NCBI GenBank assembly: GCA_963663165.1
Contig: OY760175.1
Coordinates: 2,656,001-2,720,000 of the forward strand
DNA from: an uncultured Desulfospira sp.
GTDB lineage: Bacteria > Desulfobacterota > Desulfobacteria > Desulfobacterales > Desulfobacteraceae
DNA: 64,000 nt
Direction of reading: 5' to 3'
Under the pieces are notes generated by a model. The model was not told the DNA's origin and searched no databases. It saw only the letters and a list, made by a program, of their open reading frames with translations. Positions 10,099-20,252 of this stretch are shown piece by piece. Position 1 is the first letter of the stretch. Every line of letters begins with the position of its first letter. Position numbers and translations under genes: made by a program.

Positions 10099-13000
10099 CT
10101 ATTGGTTATTTATTTTTGCAGCCTGGGCCAAAGAAATAAAACCGTTTACTTTTCCAACCGTTTTTTTTGCGTCATGCCCGATATGGATCAGCACCGGGAC
10201 AATGAACAGGGTAACAGGGGTGGCAAACAACTCCCCAAAGGCCAGGGATATGGCAGCCGGAATCAGGTACTGGGCCTGCTCCGATGTTTCGGACAGCAGG
10301 GGCATAAGTCCGCACACCGTGGTCAGCGTGGTTAAGACAATGGCCCGAAACCGGCTGTTTCCTGCGTTTATCAATGCCTGAAAACAGTTTGGGAAATCGT
10401 CGGTTACATCGTTGAACCGGGATAAAAGCACCAGGCTGTCATTGACCACGACGCCCGTGACAGCCAGCATGCCGAAAAAAGAGAGCACACTTAAATCAAA
10501 CCCCATGGCCCAGTGCCCGGCCACAGCGCCCACAAACCCGAATGGAATGACAGACATGATCACAAGGGGCTGCCAATAGGATTTCAAGGGTACGGCCAAA
10601 AGGGCGTAGATCAGGATCAGGATCATGGCAAGGGCTCGGATCATGCCCCCTTTCATCTCACCCATATCCTCAAGTTCGCCGGCCGCTTTGATGGTCAGCT
10701 GGGGGTAAAGCTGCTGTAACCGGGGGATGATATCCTTTTTAATGAGCTTGATTGCCTCTTCGGCGCTGATAACTTCTTTATCCAGGTTCGCCTCGACCTG
10801 GGCCACCCGCTTTTTATCCTGGCGCACAATGGCTGCCGGCACATACCCGGATTCAATGTCGGCCACCAGGGACAAGGGAACCCATTGCCCGTTCCGGGTG
10901 CGGATCCGGGTGGAAAGAAGATCCCGGATATACCGGCACCGGTCTTCCCCGTATCTGACCTTTACCTTAACCTCTTCGGTGCCCCGCTGGATGCGCTGGA
11001 TTTCAAGGCCCCCAAAGGCGTTTCCGATCTGGCCGGCAAGGTCTGCGGTGGTAAGGCCCATATGCCTGGCTTCGGGCTTGAGATGCAGCCGAAGCCTTGG
11101 GTTACCCTGGTCCAGGTCGTCCCGGATATCATGGACACCCTTGATCTTGGCAAAGTCAGCCTCAAACCGGGCCACCGCATCCGTGAGCACGGCAGAATCC
11201 CGCGCACCAAGCTCAAGCACGAATCCGCCGCCTGTTTCAAATGATCCGCTGAAGGTCAGTGTTTCCACCCCTTCCAGGGTGCCCACCCGTTTGCGCCAGC
11301 GCTTCAAGGTCTCCAGGGTGTCAAGCTGCCTTTGGCTTTCCGGCTGCAGTTCCGCGTAAATTTCTGCATTGTTGGAACCTGTGACCGCCGTCATGATCCG
11401 GGCAATGGGCGGTTGTTCCGTGTTCAACTCAGCCATGGCCTCTTTATTGAGCGCTTCTGCCTGTTTTTCAATAAAGGAGATATGGTCCGCCGTCAGATCA
11501 GACGGGGAACCGGAACGGGTTTTCAGGGTCACGGTGATGATCTGGCCAGGCACCTGGGGGAAAAAAACCGTTCTGATCCAGCCGTTTGATATCAGGCCGA
11601 TGCCGCACACGGCAACCGTGACAAGGAATACCAGGGTGGCATAACGGTGGTTAAGGGTGGTTTTAAGCATTGGTTGGTAAATGCGGGTGTTGACAAAATC
11701 CATCAGGCCCGAGGCTTTTTTCTGCACAAAGGCCCACACCCTGTGTACAACCCCTTTGGATTTTTGTGTGCCTGGTGCGTCCTGGTTCATGGAGATGGCA
11801 GCCAGGTGAGCCGGCAGCACAAGCTTGCTTTCCAGCATGGAGGCAATGACCGAAATGATCACCACCACAGAGAAACTGGCAAACAATTTGCCGATTTCAT
11901 TTTCAATGAGCAGCAGGGGATAAAAGGCCGCCACCGTGGTAAAACAGCCAAACACCGTGGCTGTGGAGACCCGGTGCACCCCTTCAATGGTGCCTGTGAC
12001 AGGATCAGGGTTTTGCTTTCTGACCTCAAACACGCTTTCGCCCACCACAATGGCGTCATCCACCAGGATGCCCAGCACAATGATCATGCCGAATGTGGTG
12101 ATATCGTTTAAAGAGTAGTTCAAAAACCGCTCGCCCATAAGGGACAAAGCCCCTGCCAGGGAGATGGGAATACCCATGGCCACCCACACCGCAAGTTTAA
12201 CATTGAGAAACAAGGCCAGCAGCACAAACACAATTAACAGCCCCTGCCAGGCATTGGAGGCCAGAAGTTTGAGCCGGTCCTTCATGTAGGTGGCCTGCTC
12301 CGCCCAGATGTCGATCTTAATGCCCCTGGGCAGACCCGGACGGATTTTTTCAATCACATCCCGGGCCACCTTGTTCACGGCCATAAGATCGCCTTTCTGT
12401 CCGGTGTAGATCAGCATGCCCACGGACGGTTTGCCCTGGAACCGTGCAAAAAAAGGTTCTGTTTCAAATCCGTCCACAACCGTTGCAATGTCTTTTACCA
12501 GAAGCTGTGTGCCGTTGCTTAAGGTACGCACACCGATATTGGAAAATTCTTCAAAGGAGAACGCTTTTTTATCCGCCCGGATCACCACCTTGCCGCTTTT
12601 GCTTTCAATGGTGCCGGTGGCGTAATCCAGGGAGGCCTGGTTAATGGCGGATGCCACCTCTTCCAGGGTCATGCCGTAGGAGCGAAGCTTGTCCATATCC
12701 ACTTCAATGCGGATTTCATAGGGTTTTTGACCAAACACCTCTATGCGGGTCAGCATGGGATGGGAAAGCAGCTCCTCTTTGACCTGCCTTGCCGTCTGTT
12801 GCAGCGTGATTTCGTCACTATCCCCATACACCTGGACGATCAGGCCCATGACATTAAACTCATCCCTGGAGACCACCGGGCGCTCGGCCCGGTCCGGCAG
12901 ATTGTAAATGCTGTCCACCCGGGACTGGATCTCATTTTGGAACCGGTCCATATCAAATTTGGGTGTTTTGCGGATGCTGACCGTGGACAGGCCTTCATAG

Positions 13001-13254
13001 GATGTGGATGAAATTTTTTTTACGCCGGGCATGCCTTCCAGGGCATTTTCAATTTTCCGGGAAACGCCCCGGTCCACCTGTTCGGCACTGGCGCCGGGAT
13101 AGGCTGTCTGTACGGTGATACTGTTCACCGGCAGGGCGGGAAACCCTTCAATGCGAATGGAAAACAAGGTGAAAAACCCTGCAATCAGCACAAGAATCAT
13201 CAACAGGTTGGCAGCCACGGGATTCCTGGTGAACCAGGCAGATAATGCATGCAT
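10099..13254 (-). CDS. RND efflux permease (AcrB/AcrD/AcrF family)
   Basis: 1051 aa, NPVAANLLM, TM4 GILVDDAIVVGE, RFRAIVLTTLTT. Confidence 0.95.
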   Translation of the reverse strand: MHALSAWFTRNPVAANLLMILVLIAGFFTLFSIRIEGFPALPVNSITVQTAYPGASAEQVDRGVSRKIENALEGMPGVKKISSTSYEGLSTVSIRKTPKFDMDRFQNEIQSRVDSIYNLPDRAERPVVSRDEFNVMGLIVQVYGDSDEITLQQTARQVKEELLSHPMLTRIEVFGQKPYEIRIEVDMDKLRSYGMTLEEVASAINQASLDYATGTIESKSGKVVIRADKKAFSFEEFSNIGVRTLSNGTQLLVKDIATVVDGFETEPFFARFQGKPSVGMLIYTGQKGDLMAVNKVARDVIEKIRPGLPRGIKIDIWAEQATYMKDRLKLLASNAWQGLLIVFVLLALFLNVKLAVWVAMGIPISLAGALSLMGERFLNYSLNDITTFGMIIVLGILVDDAIVVGESVFEVRKQNPDPVTGTIEGVHRVSTATVFGCFTTVAAFYPLLLIENEIGKLFASFSVVVIISVIASMLESKLVLPAHLAAISMNQDAPGTQKSKGVVHRVWAFVQKKASGLMDFVNTRIYQPMLKTTLNHRYATLVFLVTVAVCGIGLISNGWIRTVFFPQVPGQIITVTLKTRSGSPSDLTADHISFIEKQAEALNKEAMAELNTEQPPIARIMTAVTGSNNAEIYAELQPESQRQLDTLETLKRWRKRVGTLEGVETLTFSGSFETGGGFVLELGARDSAVLTDAVARFEADFAKIKGVHDIRDDLDQGNPRLRLHLKPEARHMGLTTADLAGQIGNAFGGLEIQRIQRGTEEVKVKVRYGEDRCRYIRDLLSTRIRTRNGQWVPLSLVADIESGYVPAAIVRQDKKRVAQVEANLDKEVISAEEAIKLIKKDIIPRLQQLYPQLTIKAAGELEDMGEMKGGMIRALAMILILIYALLAVPLKSYWQPLVIMSVIPFGFVGAVAGHWAMGFDLSVLSFFGMLAVTGVVVNDSLVLLSRFNDVTDDFPNCFQALINAGNSRFRAIVLTTLTTVCGLMPLLSETSEQAQYLIPAAISLAFGELFATPVTLFIVPVLIHIGHDAKKTVGKVNGFISLAQAAKINNQ

Positions 13255-13258
13255 GATG

Positions 13259-14443
13259 TTATCCTTTCTCCTTTTGTCCGGGCTGGACTAAAAGCCCTGC
13301 GGCAAAGCTTGCATTGGGTGACACGGCAACCTGTAAAGAATCCTGGCCGCTGTTTTCAGGCATATTAATGTAGACCACGCCATTGCCGTAAAATACAGGC
13401 TGTGCATGAACCGGTTTCAGCCGGTTTTGGTCATCCACAAACCAGACCACCCCCTGTTTGGTGAGTGCGGTTTCCGGCAGGCACAAAAGCCCTGTAACCT
13501 TTTGGCCAATGATTTCGGCGCGCACAAAGGCACCGGGCAAAAGGGGCGGGTTCTGGGCCATGGGGTGAGCCACCTGGAGAAACAAGGTCTGCAGCCTGGA
13601 TTCAGAATCAAGCCGTTGTCCGTTTCGCACCACCCGGGCCTGCCAGGAGACATTTTGCTGGGTGGATACCAGGCGGGCGGCAACGCTTTTGTCCGGACTG
13701 CCGGAAGACAGGTTCATGCCTAAAAGGGCCAGTTGTTCCGCAGAAACATGGATGCCCACCTCGGCTGTGTCAATGCCGTACAGGGTGAAGATCTCATCCC
13801 CGGTTAACAGGGTCTCCCCGGGATTGACATGGCGCTCAAGGATGACGCCGTCAAAGGGGGCGCAGATTTTGGTGTATGACAACCGGGTTTCGGAAAGCGC
13901 AAGTGTTTTGCCCGCGGCGTTCAGCCCTGCCCGGGCGCAGTTGAGCTGGGGCTTGCGCAGCACAAGGTCAGACGCAGGCGATCCTTTTATGCCGGAGCGC
14001 TCCCAGTTTCGCAACGCTTCTTTGGCTTCGCGTTCCTCCTTGAGCAGCTCAACCTTTGCCTGGGCCACCCGGTTTTTATCCTCGCTGACCTGGGCCTGGT
14101 AGGCGGTCTCTTCTATTTTTACAAGGAGTTCGCCTTTTTTAACCCTGACCCCTGGCTGAAGCTTTGGATTCAGGTAGACAATGGGGCCGTCCACCCGGGC
14201 TTTGATGGTGGATTGCCACAGGGGCTTTACCTCGCCAAGGGCACTGATCCGCGCAGGATAGGCAGCACCTGCCACCTTTTGAACCGTTACGGGCATGCCC
14301 GTAAGCTGCACGGCCGTGTCCTCCTGCAACTGCCCCTTGGCAGGCTTTGATTCCAGGAACACAAAAGCCCCTGCCGTGCACACCAGGGCGGTCACAATAA
14401 AAACCGCCCATTTCCCCGTAAGTATTTGAATTATTTTTTTCAT
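13259..14443 (-). CDS. RND periplasmic adaptor (membrane fusion protein)
   Basis: Single TM, lipoyl/hairpin motifs (VKKGELLVKI, ICAPFDG, LLPGAFV); start ATG 14443 with AAGGAG RBS. Confidence 0.92.
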   Translation of the reverse strand: MKKIIQILTGKWAVFIVTALVCTAGAFVFLESKPAKGQLQEDTAVQLTGMPVTVQKVAGAAYPARISALGEVKPLWQSTIKARVDGPIVYLNPKLQPGVRVKKGELLVKIEETAYQAQVSEDKNRVAQAKVELLKEEREAKEALRNWERSGIKGSPASDLVLRKPQLNCARAGLNAAGKTLALSETRLSYTKICAPFDGVILERHVNPGETLLTGDEIFTLYGIDTAEVGIHVSAEQLALLGMNLSSGSPDKSVAARLVSTQQNVSWQARVVRNGQRLDSESRLQTLFLQVAHPMAQNPPLLPGAFVRAEIIGQKVTGLLCLPETALTKQGVVWFVDDQNRLKPVHAQPVFYGNGVVYINMPENSGQDSLQVAVSPNASFAAGLLVQPGQKEKG

Positions 14444-14515
14444 ATATAAACTCCTTGTAAACAATCAGCTTTTGTCAAATTTTCACAGCAACGCCGCAGC
14501 CGGGTGAGTCCGGGT

Positions 14516-15922
14516 TCAAATGCTTTTGCCTATGGCGATTGCCAGATCCACCCGGTTGCTCAGCCGGTCGGCCCGGGCCTGGTTCAGTTGCAGTTTCACC
14601 GAGATCTCCTGCTCTTTGGCAATGAGCAGCGTCTGGATATTGTCCAGGCCCTGGCGATACCGGTCCACAAAGTAACGGCTGCTGTTTTCAGACTCAATGG
14701 AAGCGATTTCAAGGGCCTTTGTCTGATTTGCCAGCTCCTTTTCCAGGGTGAGTGCATTTTCTATTTCGGCAAATGCCTGCAGCACAATGGCATGAAGGTC
14801 CTGGATGGCGGCATCCGCCTCAAGGTGACCGGCCCGGGCTTCATCCCGCAGGCGTCCCCCCTCAAACAGCGGCTGGAACACAGATCCTAAAAGTCCCCAA
14901 CAGGTTGTGGCACTGCCGATATCCGACAGCCGGGTCCCGGACCGGAACAGTTCGCCGGACAGGGTGACCCCGGGAAGCCTGGCCTTGTCCGCAGCCCGGG
15001 CCTGATTTCGGGCAGCGTCAACCCGGGCAAGGCCTGCCCGGATATCCGGCCGGTTTAAAAGAACCGCTGCCGGCGTATCCAGCGCCGGCAGGGCAAGGGC
15101 GGGCCAGTCCCGGCCCCGGGACAATTGTCCCTGTGGATATCGGCCAAGAAGGACTTCAAGACAGCGAATAGAATTGGAAAGATCTGCCTCTCTGGCGCTT
15201 AGATCTGCTTTGGCCACCTGGGTCCGGGTTCTGGCTGCGGCATATTCGTCCAGGCTGCCAATGCCGTCCTGGTACCGGTGGATCAAAATATCTTCAATCT
15301 GCTGTAAAACCGAAATACGCTGTGTTTCAATGGCTTTTGCCCGGCGGGCCGACACCTGCCGTATCCATGCCTGGATCACCCGGGCAGCCAGAAGGTCCCG
15401 GGCCTTTTGAAAATCCTGCTCTTTGGCCTGGACCTCCTGGCTTGCGGCCTGGTATTGGTCAGCCAGCCGGCCCCACAGATCGATTTCCCAGCTCACATTG
15501 GCTGTGATTTTATGGCTGGTCTGGGTGTCGCGTTCAAATGTAGTGTAATTGTACTCCTGGTTGCTTTTTCCACTGGAAAATCCTGCAAAAAGCTTTGGAA
15601 GTCGCCCGGATGCAGGGCCTGAAAGAAGATACTGTGCGGACCCAAGCCGGAATGCCGCAGCTTTTATATCCGGGTTGTTTTCCAGGGCTTCGTCCACCAG
15701 GCTGCGAAGCTTGTTGGAATCAATGATGTCCAGAAGCCCTGCGGTAATGGGCAGGGCTTCCGGGCCAGAAGATGTGCCGAATGTGCCGGGAATATCCCGG
15801 GGAAGCACAGCCGGAGCCTTGGAGAAAGTTGAAGCGCAGCCCTGCAGCCACAATGCCGGGATAATAATTGCCAGCCCAAGGAGTAATCGTATTTTATGTA
15901 TCGTGCTTTTCATCCTGATCAT
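14516..15922 (-). CDS. Outer-membrane efflux lipoprotein (TolC/NodT family)
   Basis: Lipobox LQGC, ALENNPDI, SWEIDLWGRL, LLNRPDIRA. Confidence 0.93.
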   Translation of the reverse strand: MIRMKSTIHKIRLLLGLAIIIPALWLQGCASTFSKAPAVLPRDIPGTFGTSSGPEALPITAGLLDIIDSNKLRSLVDEALENNPDIKAAAFRLGSAQYLLSGPASGRLPKLFAGFSSGKSNQEYNYTTFERDTQTSHKITANVSWEIDLWGRLADQYQAASQEVQAKEQDFQKARDLLAARVIQAWIRQVSARRAKAIETQRISVLQQIEDILIHRYQDGIGSLDEYAAARTRTQVAKADLSAREADLSNSIRCLEVLLGRYPQGQLSRGRDWPALALPALDTPAAVLLNRPDIRAGLARVDAARNQARAADKARLPGVTLSGELFRSGTRLSDIGSATTCWGLLGSVFQPLFEGGRLRDEARAGHLEADAAIQDLHAIVLQAFAEIENALTLEKELANQTKALEIASIESENSSRYFVDRYRQGLDNIQTLLIAKEQEISVKLQLNQARADRLSNRVDLAIAIGKSI

Positions 15923-16568
15923 TGCTCACCCCAAAACGCTTAGTCCATGAAACAGCATCAAACCCGCAAAAAAAAACTGCCCTTTAAACGATCCCATCAT
16001 TTATCTTCCTTGGTGCCTCCTTTGTTGCTTTTTTAAAATCAATGATCGGATAGTAAAGGATTTTAAAACACAGGTCTGTCTGCTTTGTGTACCCAATTGT
16101 ACCCAATTGTACACAGCCCTTTGCGCTGCAAAACCAGGGGTACAAAACCGGCCGCTTTTTACAGCAGCCCAATACACAAATCACAGCCGGATGTTATATA
16201 ATTATGAAAATGCAATGTGCGTTAAGAAGAAAACCTATCTTGCGATTTTTGGGGGGGTGCTAAGATTCAAAAAATGTAACGCGGATACGCCAAATCAGCT
16301 ACAAAATAATATAACGGGAAGATATCCCGCCGCTTTACCCCGCCAATAAAATATATAAACCTTACCTCGCTTACCCCGCAGTTATCCCGCCGCGAATTTT
16401 TTCGAAAAAAGCTTTGCCAATCTATTTGGAAGAAGTCAATACTTCCTTGATAAAAAAGGCTCGAAGCTGCAACTTCGAGCCTTCAATGTAGACATCCGAG
16501 TAGGTTACGGAAGCCACACCACCGTTTTTATCTAACCACGGCTTCCGTAATTTAGCAAGAGCGGAAGC

Positions 16569-16958
16569 ATGGAAATCGTTTTATTAAAACGTATCGAGTG
16601 TAAGCGATGTTTCCAAATTTTCTATGTGTGCCGCAGTTGCTGGCGGGGGCAGGCATATTGCTGTCAAGAATGCCGCCAGGAGGCCCGCAAAGAAGCGCAC
16701 TGCAAAGCTCAAAAAAAATATCGACAAACGCCAAAAGGTAAAGAGGCCCACCGTCGTCAAGAAAAAAACAAAAGATTACGTCAAGCTGAAAAAACCATGG
16801 ATGATACATCTACTATACCCGGTGTAACCCATGATAGTGTCTCTCCCAAGCCATTATGTTCCGGCCCCTGTTGCCATTTTTGTGGGAAAATTGGTTGGGT
16901 TGTAGAGCATTTTCCCTGGCGCGGATATGCAAAACGACCTGTAAGGGCCAATCAATGA
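16569..16958 (+). CDS. Cys-rich basic hypothetical protein (putative Zn-binding)
   Basis: CKRC, CRSC, CCQEC, basic helix, C-terminal CHFCG. Confidence 0.75.
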   Translation: MEIVLLKRIECKRCFQIFYVCRSCWRGQAYCCQECRQEARKEAHCKAQKKYRQTPKGKEAHRRQEKNKRLRQAEKTMDDTSTIPGVTHDSVSPKPLCSGPCCHFCGKIGWVVEHFPWRGYAKRPVRANQ

Positions 16959-16982
16959 AACATCTTAATGGAGGATAAGACA

Positions 16983-17372
16983 ATGAAAAAAGAAATATTG
17001 ACAGGCCATTGCAACAAAATGAAAAACAGATTTTCATCCCGGGAGCTATTTAAACTGAGAAACGATATCCCTGTGGATATGCTGATCCGTGACCATTTAC
17101 AGATTCCATCCAAAATCAGGGATGGTGTTTTCCGGTTTTTATGTCCTTTGTGCAATGAGTTTCAAACCGCTGTAAATCCAGCCACCAATCTGGCCAGGTG
17201 TTTTCGGTGTGAGAAGAATTTCAACACCATTGATCTGGTCATGGAAGTCAAGGGATATGGATTCAGGGACAGTGTATTTTTTTTGAAAGAACTGGATGCG
17301 GTCTCCTATGTCCCGGCAAATGTGTTGACGTCTCTTGCCACCGGTATCGGTCAACCCTGGCCTGGGAAGTAA
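16983..17372 (+). CDS. Stand-alone primase-type (CHC2-like) zinc-finger protein
   Basis: FLCPLC..LARCFRCEKNFNTIDLVMEVKGYGFRDSV resembles the DnaG zinc-binding domain; GGAGGA RBS. Confidence 0.75.
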   Translation: MKKEILTGHCNKMKNRFSSRELFKLRNDIPVDMLIRDHLQIPSKIRDGVFRFLCPLCNEFQTAVNPATNLARCFRCEKNFNTIDLVMEVKGYGFRDSVFFLKELDAVSYVPANVLTSLATGIGQPWPGK

Positions 17373-17374
17373 AG

Positions 17375-17929
17375 ATGAAACGGCTGCTTCAACTGGAGAC
17401 CCTTATTGCCCGTAATCAGGAGAGTTTCTATAAGATCGGTCAGGCGTTAAAAGAAATCCGTGACAGCCGCCTGTACAAACTGGCCCTGTTTGAGACATTT
17501 GAAGCATATACCAGGGAACGGTGGGATATGGGCAAGTCCCATGCATACCGCCTGATCAAATCTTATGAAGTGATCTATAATTTGTCCCCAATTGGGGACA
17601 AAACACCTGCCAATGAATCCCAGGTCCGGCCTCTTGCTCAATTGGACCCCCTGGACCAGCGCAACACCTGGAAGGCAATCATAGACAACGGTATTGAGTT
17701 AACCGCACGGAACATCAAAAAATTTGTAGAGGCCCAAAAAATACCCCCGGAGAACAAACCGGATTTGGCGGAACGGATTTCGGCTGAATACATGGCAGCC
17801 GTACATGCAATGATTGAACAGGTGCGGGTGGCCCAGCATGATCATTGGCAGCAAACGTCCCGGCAGGCTGCATTGTTGTGGCACAGGGTGATCCGCGAAA
17901 AAATTTTATCAAAAGGGGCAAGACAATGA
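17375..17929 (+). CDS. Hypothetical helical protein (DUF3102-like, phage/MGE type)
   Basis: IGQALKEIRDSRLYK..TFEAY..WDMGKSHAYRLI, PANESQVRPL; stop overlaps transposase ATG. Confidence 0.7.
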   Translation: MKRLLQLETLIARNQESFYKIGQALKEIRDSRLYKLALFETFEAYTRERWDMGKSHAYRLIKSYEVIYNLSPIGDKTPANESQVRPLAQLDPLDQRNTWKAIIDNGIELTARNIKKFVEAQKIPPENKPDLAERISAEYMAAVHAMIEQVRVAQHDHWQQTSRQAALLWHRVIREKILSKGARQ

Positions 17930-19593
17930 AGAACCTGAGCCTTGATGACCGTTTTTATTTGCTGCTCCATAAAAAAATCATGAATAAAACCGGATCAGCC
18001 AAAAGAAGGTCCAAAAAATATTACAAAGACCAGTACAGGAAAACCGGCATTATCCCGACGCCCCTTCTACTGGTTGAAAAAGGGATTATGGACGGCCGCA
18101 AATGCAGCGGCCGGCCCCGGTCCATAGATGAACAAACCAAAAGGCGGTTTATCGAAATGGTCAAGGCCTCCTGTGACCCGTCATCCCAGGGGTTTATTTT
18201 TATTACCCGAAAAGCCAGAACCATTAAAAATTACCACTATTGGCTTGAAAGAGAATTGGGAAAAACCATCAGCCTTCCGGCACTCAGGCGATGTGCCCAA
18301 AGGGAAGGCCTTAAATTTTACCTGGAAAAAGAAGATTTTGAAGAAAATGCCCCGGTGAAAAACGCATTCAAGCCTGTTCCGGTGTTTGGCCTGATACAGG
18401 TAGACGGTTGCAACTTTCGATATTTAAAAATCAAAAATGAGGCTGGCCACTGGCAAAAACCCCAAGTCATTGAAACGTTTGATACCGGTTCCCGGTACAT
18501 GTTTGAACTTGATGCCTATTTCGATGAAAGCAGCTTAAGCTCAGTGGATTTGTTTAACCGGTTTTTGCTTTCCACCCCATTTCCCCAGAAGAAAGTCCGG
18601 TTCAGGCCGGATAACGCCACAGGATTTGTAAATCTCAAAAGAGTCATCAACGCCTTGAATATAAAACATTCCGTTCCCGGAGGATTTTATCTGGCGCCGG
18701 ATTTTTCAAGGGTAAGTGCCCCCAGGGACAAGGCCCATCTTGAGTCCTCCCATCGCAGTCTTCATAATTTTGAAATCCGAATCATCAAGGCGTTTGAAGA
18801 CAGGATTGTAAAGACCGTTCCAGGGGTTATCTTCAATAATAAGAAAAAAGAAAAAATCACTGTGACACTCCTTGATATTACACTCCGGGATTTAAGACAC
18901 AGCCCCCTGATAAAAGAATACCGCCACGAACATAACCACACCAAACATTATTTTAGCGAAAATGGAAAGATCAGTGCATGGGTTCCGGCACAAAAGCTGG
19001 AAGAATTTTTATCAAGGCAAGCCGATATCCTTACCTTTTCACCGGATGAGGTGCAGGAATATATGAAGTATGGCTACAGGAAAATAAAAGCCACTGTATC
19101 TAACAAAAGAACCATTCGCCATGACAACCGGATCTATTGTGTAACCAGTGGTACAGACCGGTTCAGCAGGCATAAAAGTACACCGGTGCAAATATCAGTA
19201 TATAAGGGCAAGCTGTTTATTTTTGAACGGGGGGAAGACGGCATACTATTGGGCGAAGCCCTTGCCACAAAGCCGTTTGACAAACCACCTGACCCAAAAT
19301 CTGTACCAGTGGCCCCGGATGAACTCGACATGATGATCATTTTTCTGGAAAAGCACAACATGGCCGTCGACCGGCGAGTCTTAATTGAAGCTTATCATAG
19401 CGGCCTCACTCTGGCCCGGGCTCAACAAGTGCTTCATCATAATCAATCCAGGTACAAGAATTATATGAAAAAGATGCGGCAACCTGAAACACAGAAAAAG
19501 CAGGCGGTATTCAATGCCTTTATGCTTGACTGCCGGAAATTGATCAATACAAACCATGTGGCCACGTATGCATCCTGCGGAGATTTAACATGA
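17926..19593 (+). CDS. DDE transposase/integrase (IS21/Mu/Tn7-like)
   Basis: Candidate triad QVDG, RPDN, KAHLES; DTGSRY; SGRPR; ATGA-coupled start at 17926. Confidence 0.85.
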   Translation: MKNLSLDDRFYLLLHKKIMNKTGSAKRRSKKYYKDQYRKTGIIPTPLLLVEKGIMDGRKCSGRPRSIDEQTKRRFIEMVKASCDPSSQGFIFITRKARTIKNYHYWLERELGKTISLPALRRCAQREGLKFYLEKEDFEENAPVKNAFKPVPVFGLIQVDGCNFRYLKIKNEAGHWQKPQVIETFDTGSRYMFELDAYFDESSLSSVDLFNRFLLSTPFPQKKVRFRPDNATGFVNLKRVINALNIKHSVPGGFYLAPDFSRVSAPRDKAHLESSHRSLHNFEIRIIKAFEDRIVKTVPGVIFNNKKKEKITVTLLDITLRDLRHSPLIKEYRHEHNHTKHYFSENGKISAWVPAQKLEEFLSRQADILTFSPDEVQEYMKYGYRKIKATVSNKRTIRHDNRIYCVTSGTDRFSRHKSTPVQISVYKGKLFIFERGEDGILLGEALATKPFDKPPDPKSVPVAPDELDMMIIFLEKHNMAVDRRVLIEAYHSGLTLARAQQVLHHNQSRYKNYMKKMRQPETQKKQAVFNAFMLDCRKLINTNHVATYASCGDLT

Positions 19594-20252
19594 AGGCAGA
19601 TTTTATCAGTGACAAACGAAGGGTATCATACCTGAGCGCCACTTATAGCCGGATCTACCGGGGCCGGAGCGTACTCATTGAGGGAGATTTTGGAGCGGGA
19701 AAAACCAGGTTTTTAAAACTGCTTCGTCCCAAAAAACTTCATGCCGTATGGGTAGAGTCCCTGTTCAACATACACGAAACCCTGGCATCCATACTCAAAG
19801 AATTGAACTATGACACCACAGCCACATATCGCAGAACTCCCCAGTACCTGAAAATGATCTGCAACCTGTCCAACTGCTTTATTATTATTGATGAGGCCAA
19901 TGATCTGGATACCAGGGTCTGGCCATATCTTAAGCGGATCATTGATGCCGGTGTTCCTATTGTTTTTGCAGGGCTTCCAAAGGTCAGGACCTATTTGATT
20001 CGCAATCACCCTGATATCCTCAGCCGGTTGAAAACCCTGATTTTATATCCCATAGAGGTTGAGGGCTTTATCGAACAATATAAAGATATCCAGCAGGAAG
20101 CCGTTGAGCAAATTTATATGGCGGTCAAAGGCGACATGCGTAAATTTAAAGAAATCTGTACTGACTGCCGGGACAAGGCAAAGGAATTGAACCACCAATT
20201 TGTTGACATTAATCTTGCCCTGGAGTTTATATCTGACCTTCCTCCCCAGTAA
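19590..20252 (+). CDS. AAA+ ATPase transposition helper
   Basis: Walker A GDFGAGKT, Walker B IIIDEAN, ILSRL; ATGA-coupled to the transposase. Confidence 0.88.
   Translation: MKADFISDKRRVSYLSATYSRIYRGRSVLIEGDFGAGKTRFLKLLRPKKLHAVWVESLFNIHETLASILKELNYDTTATYRRTPQYLKMICNLSNCFIIIDEANDLDTRVWPYLKRIIDAGVPIVFAGLPKVRTYLIRNHPDILSRLKTLILYPIEVEGFIEQYKDIQQEAVEQIYMAVKGDMRKFKEICTDCRDKAKELNHQFVDINLALEFISDLPPQ

Noticed and set aside
17375..17929. DNA methyltransferase
   Set aside because: No SAM-binding or catalytic motifs visible
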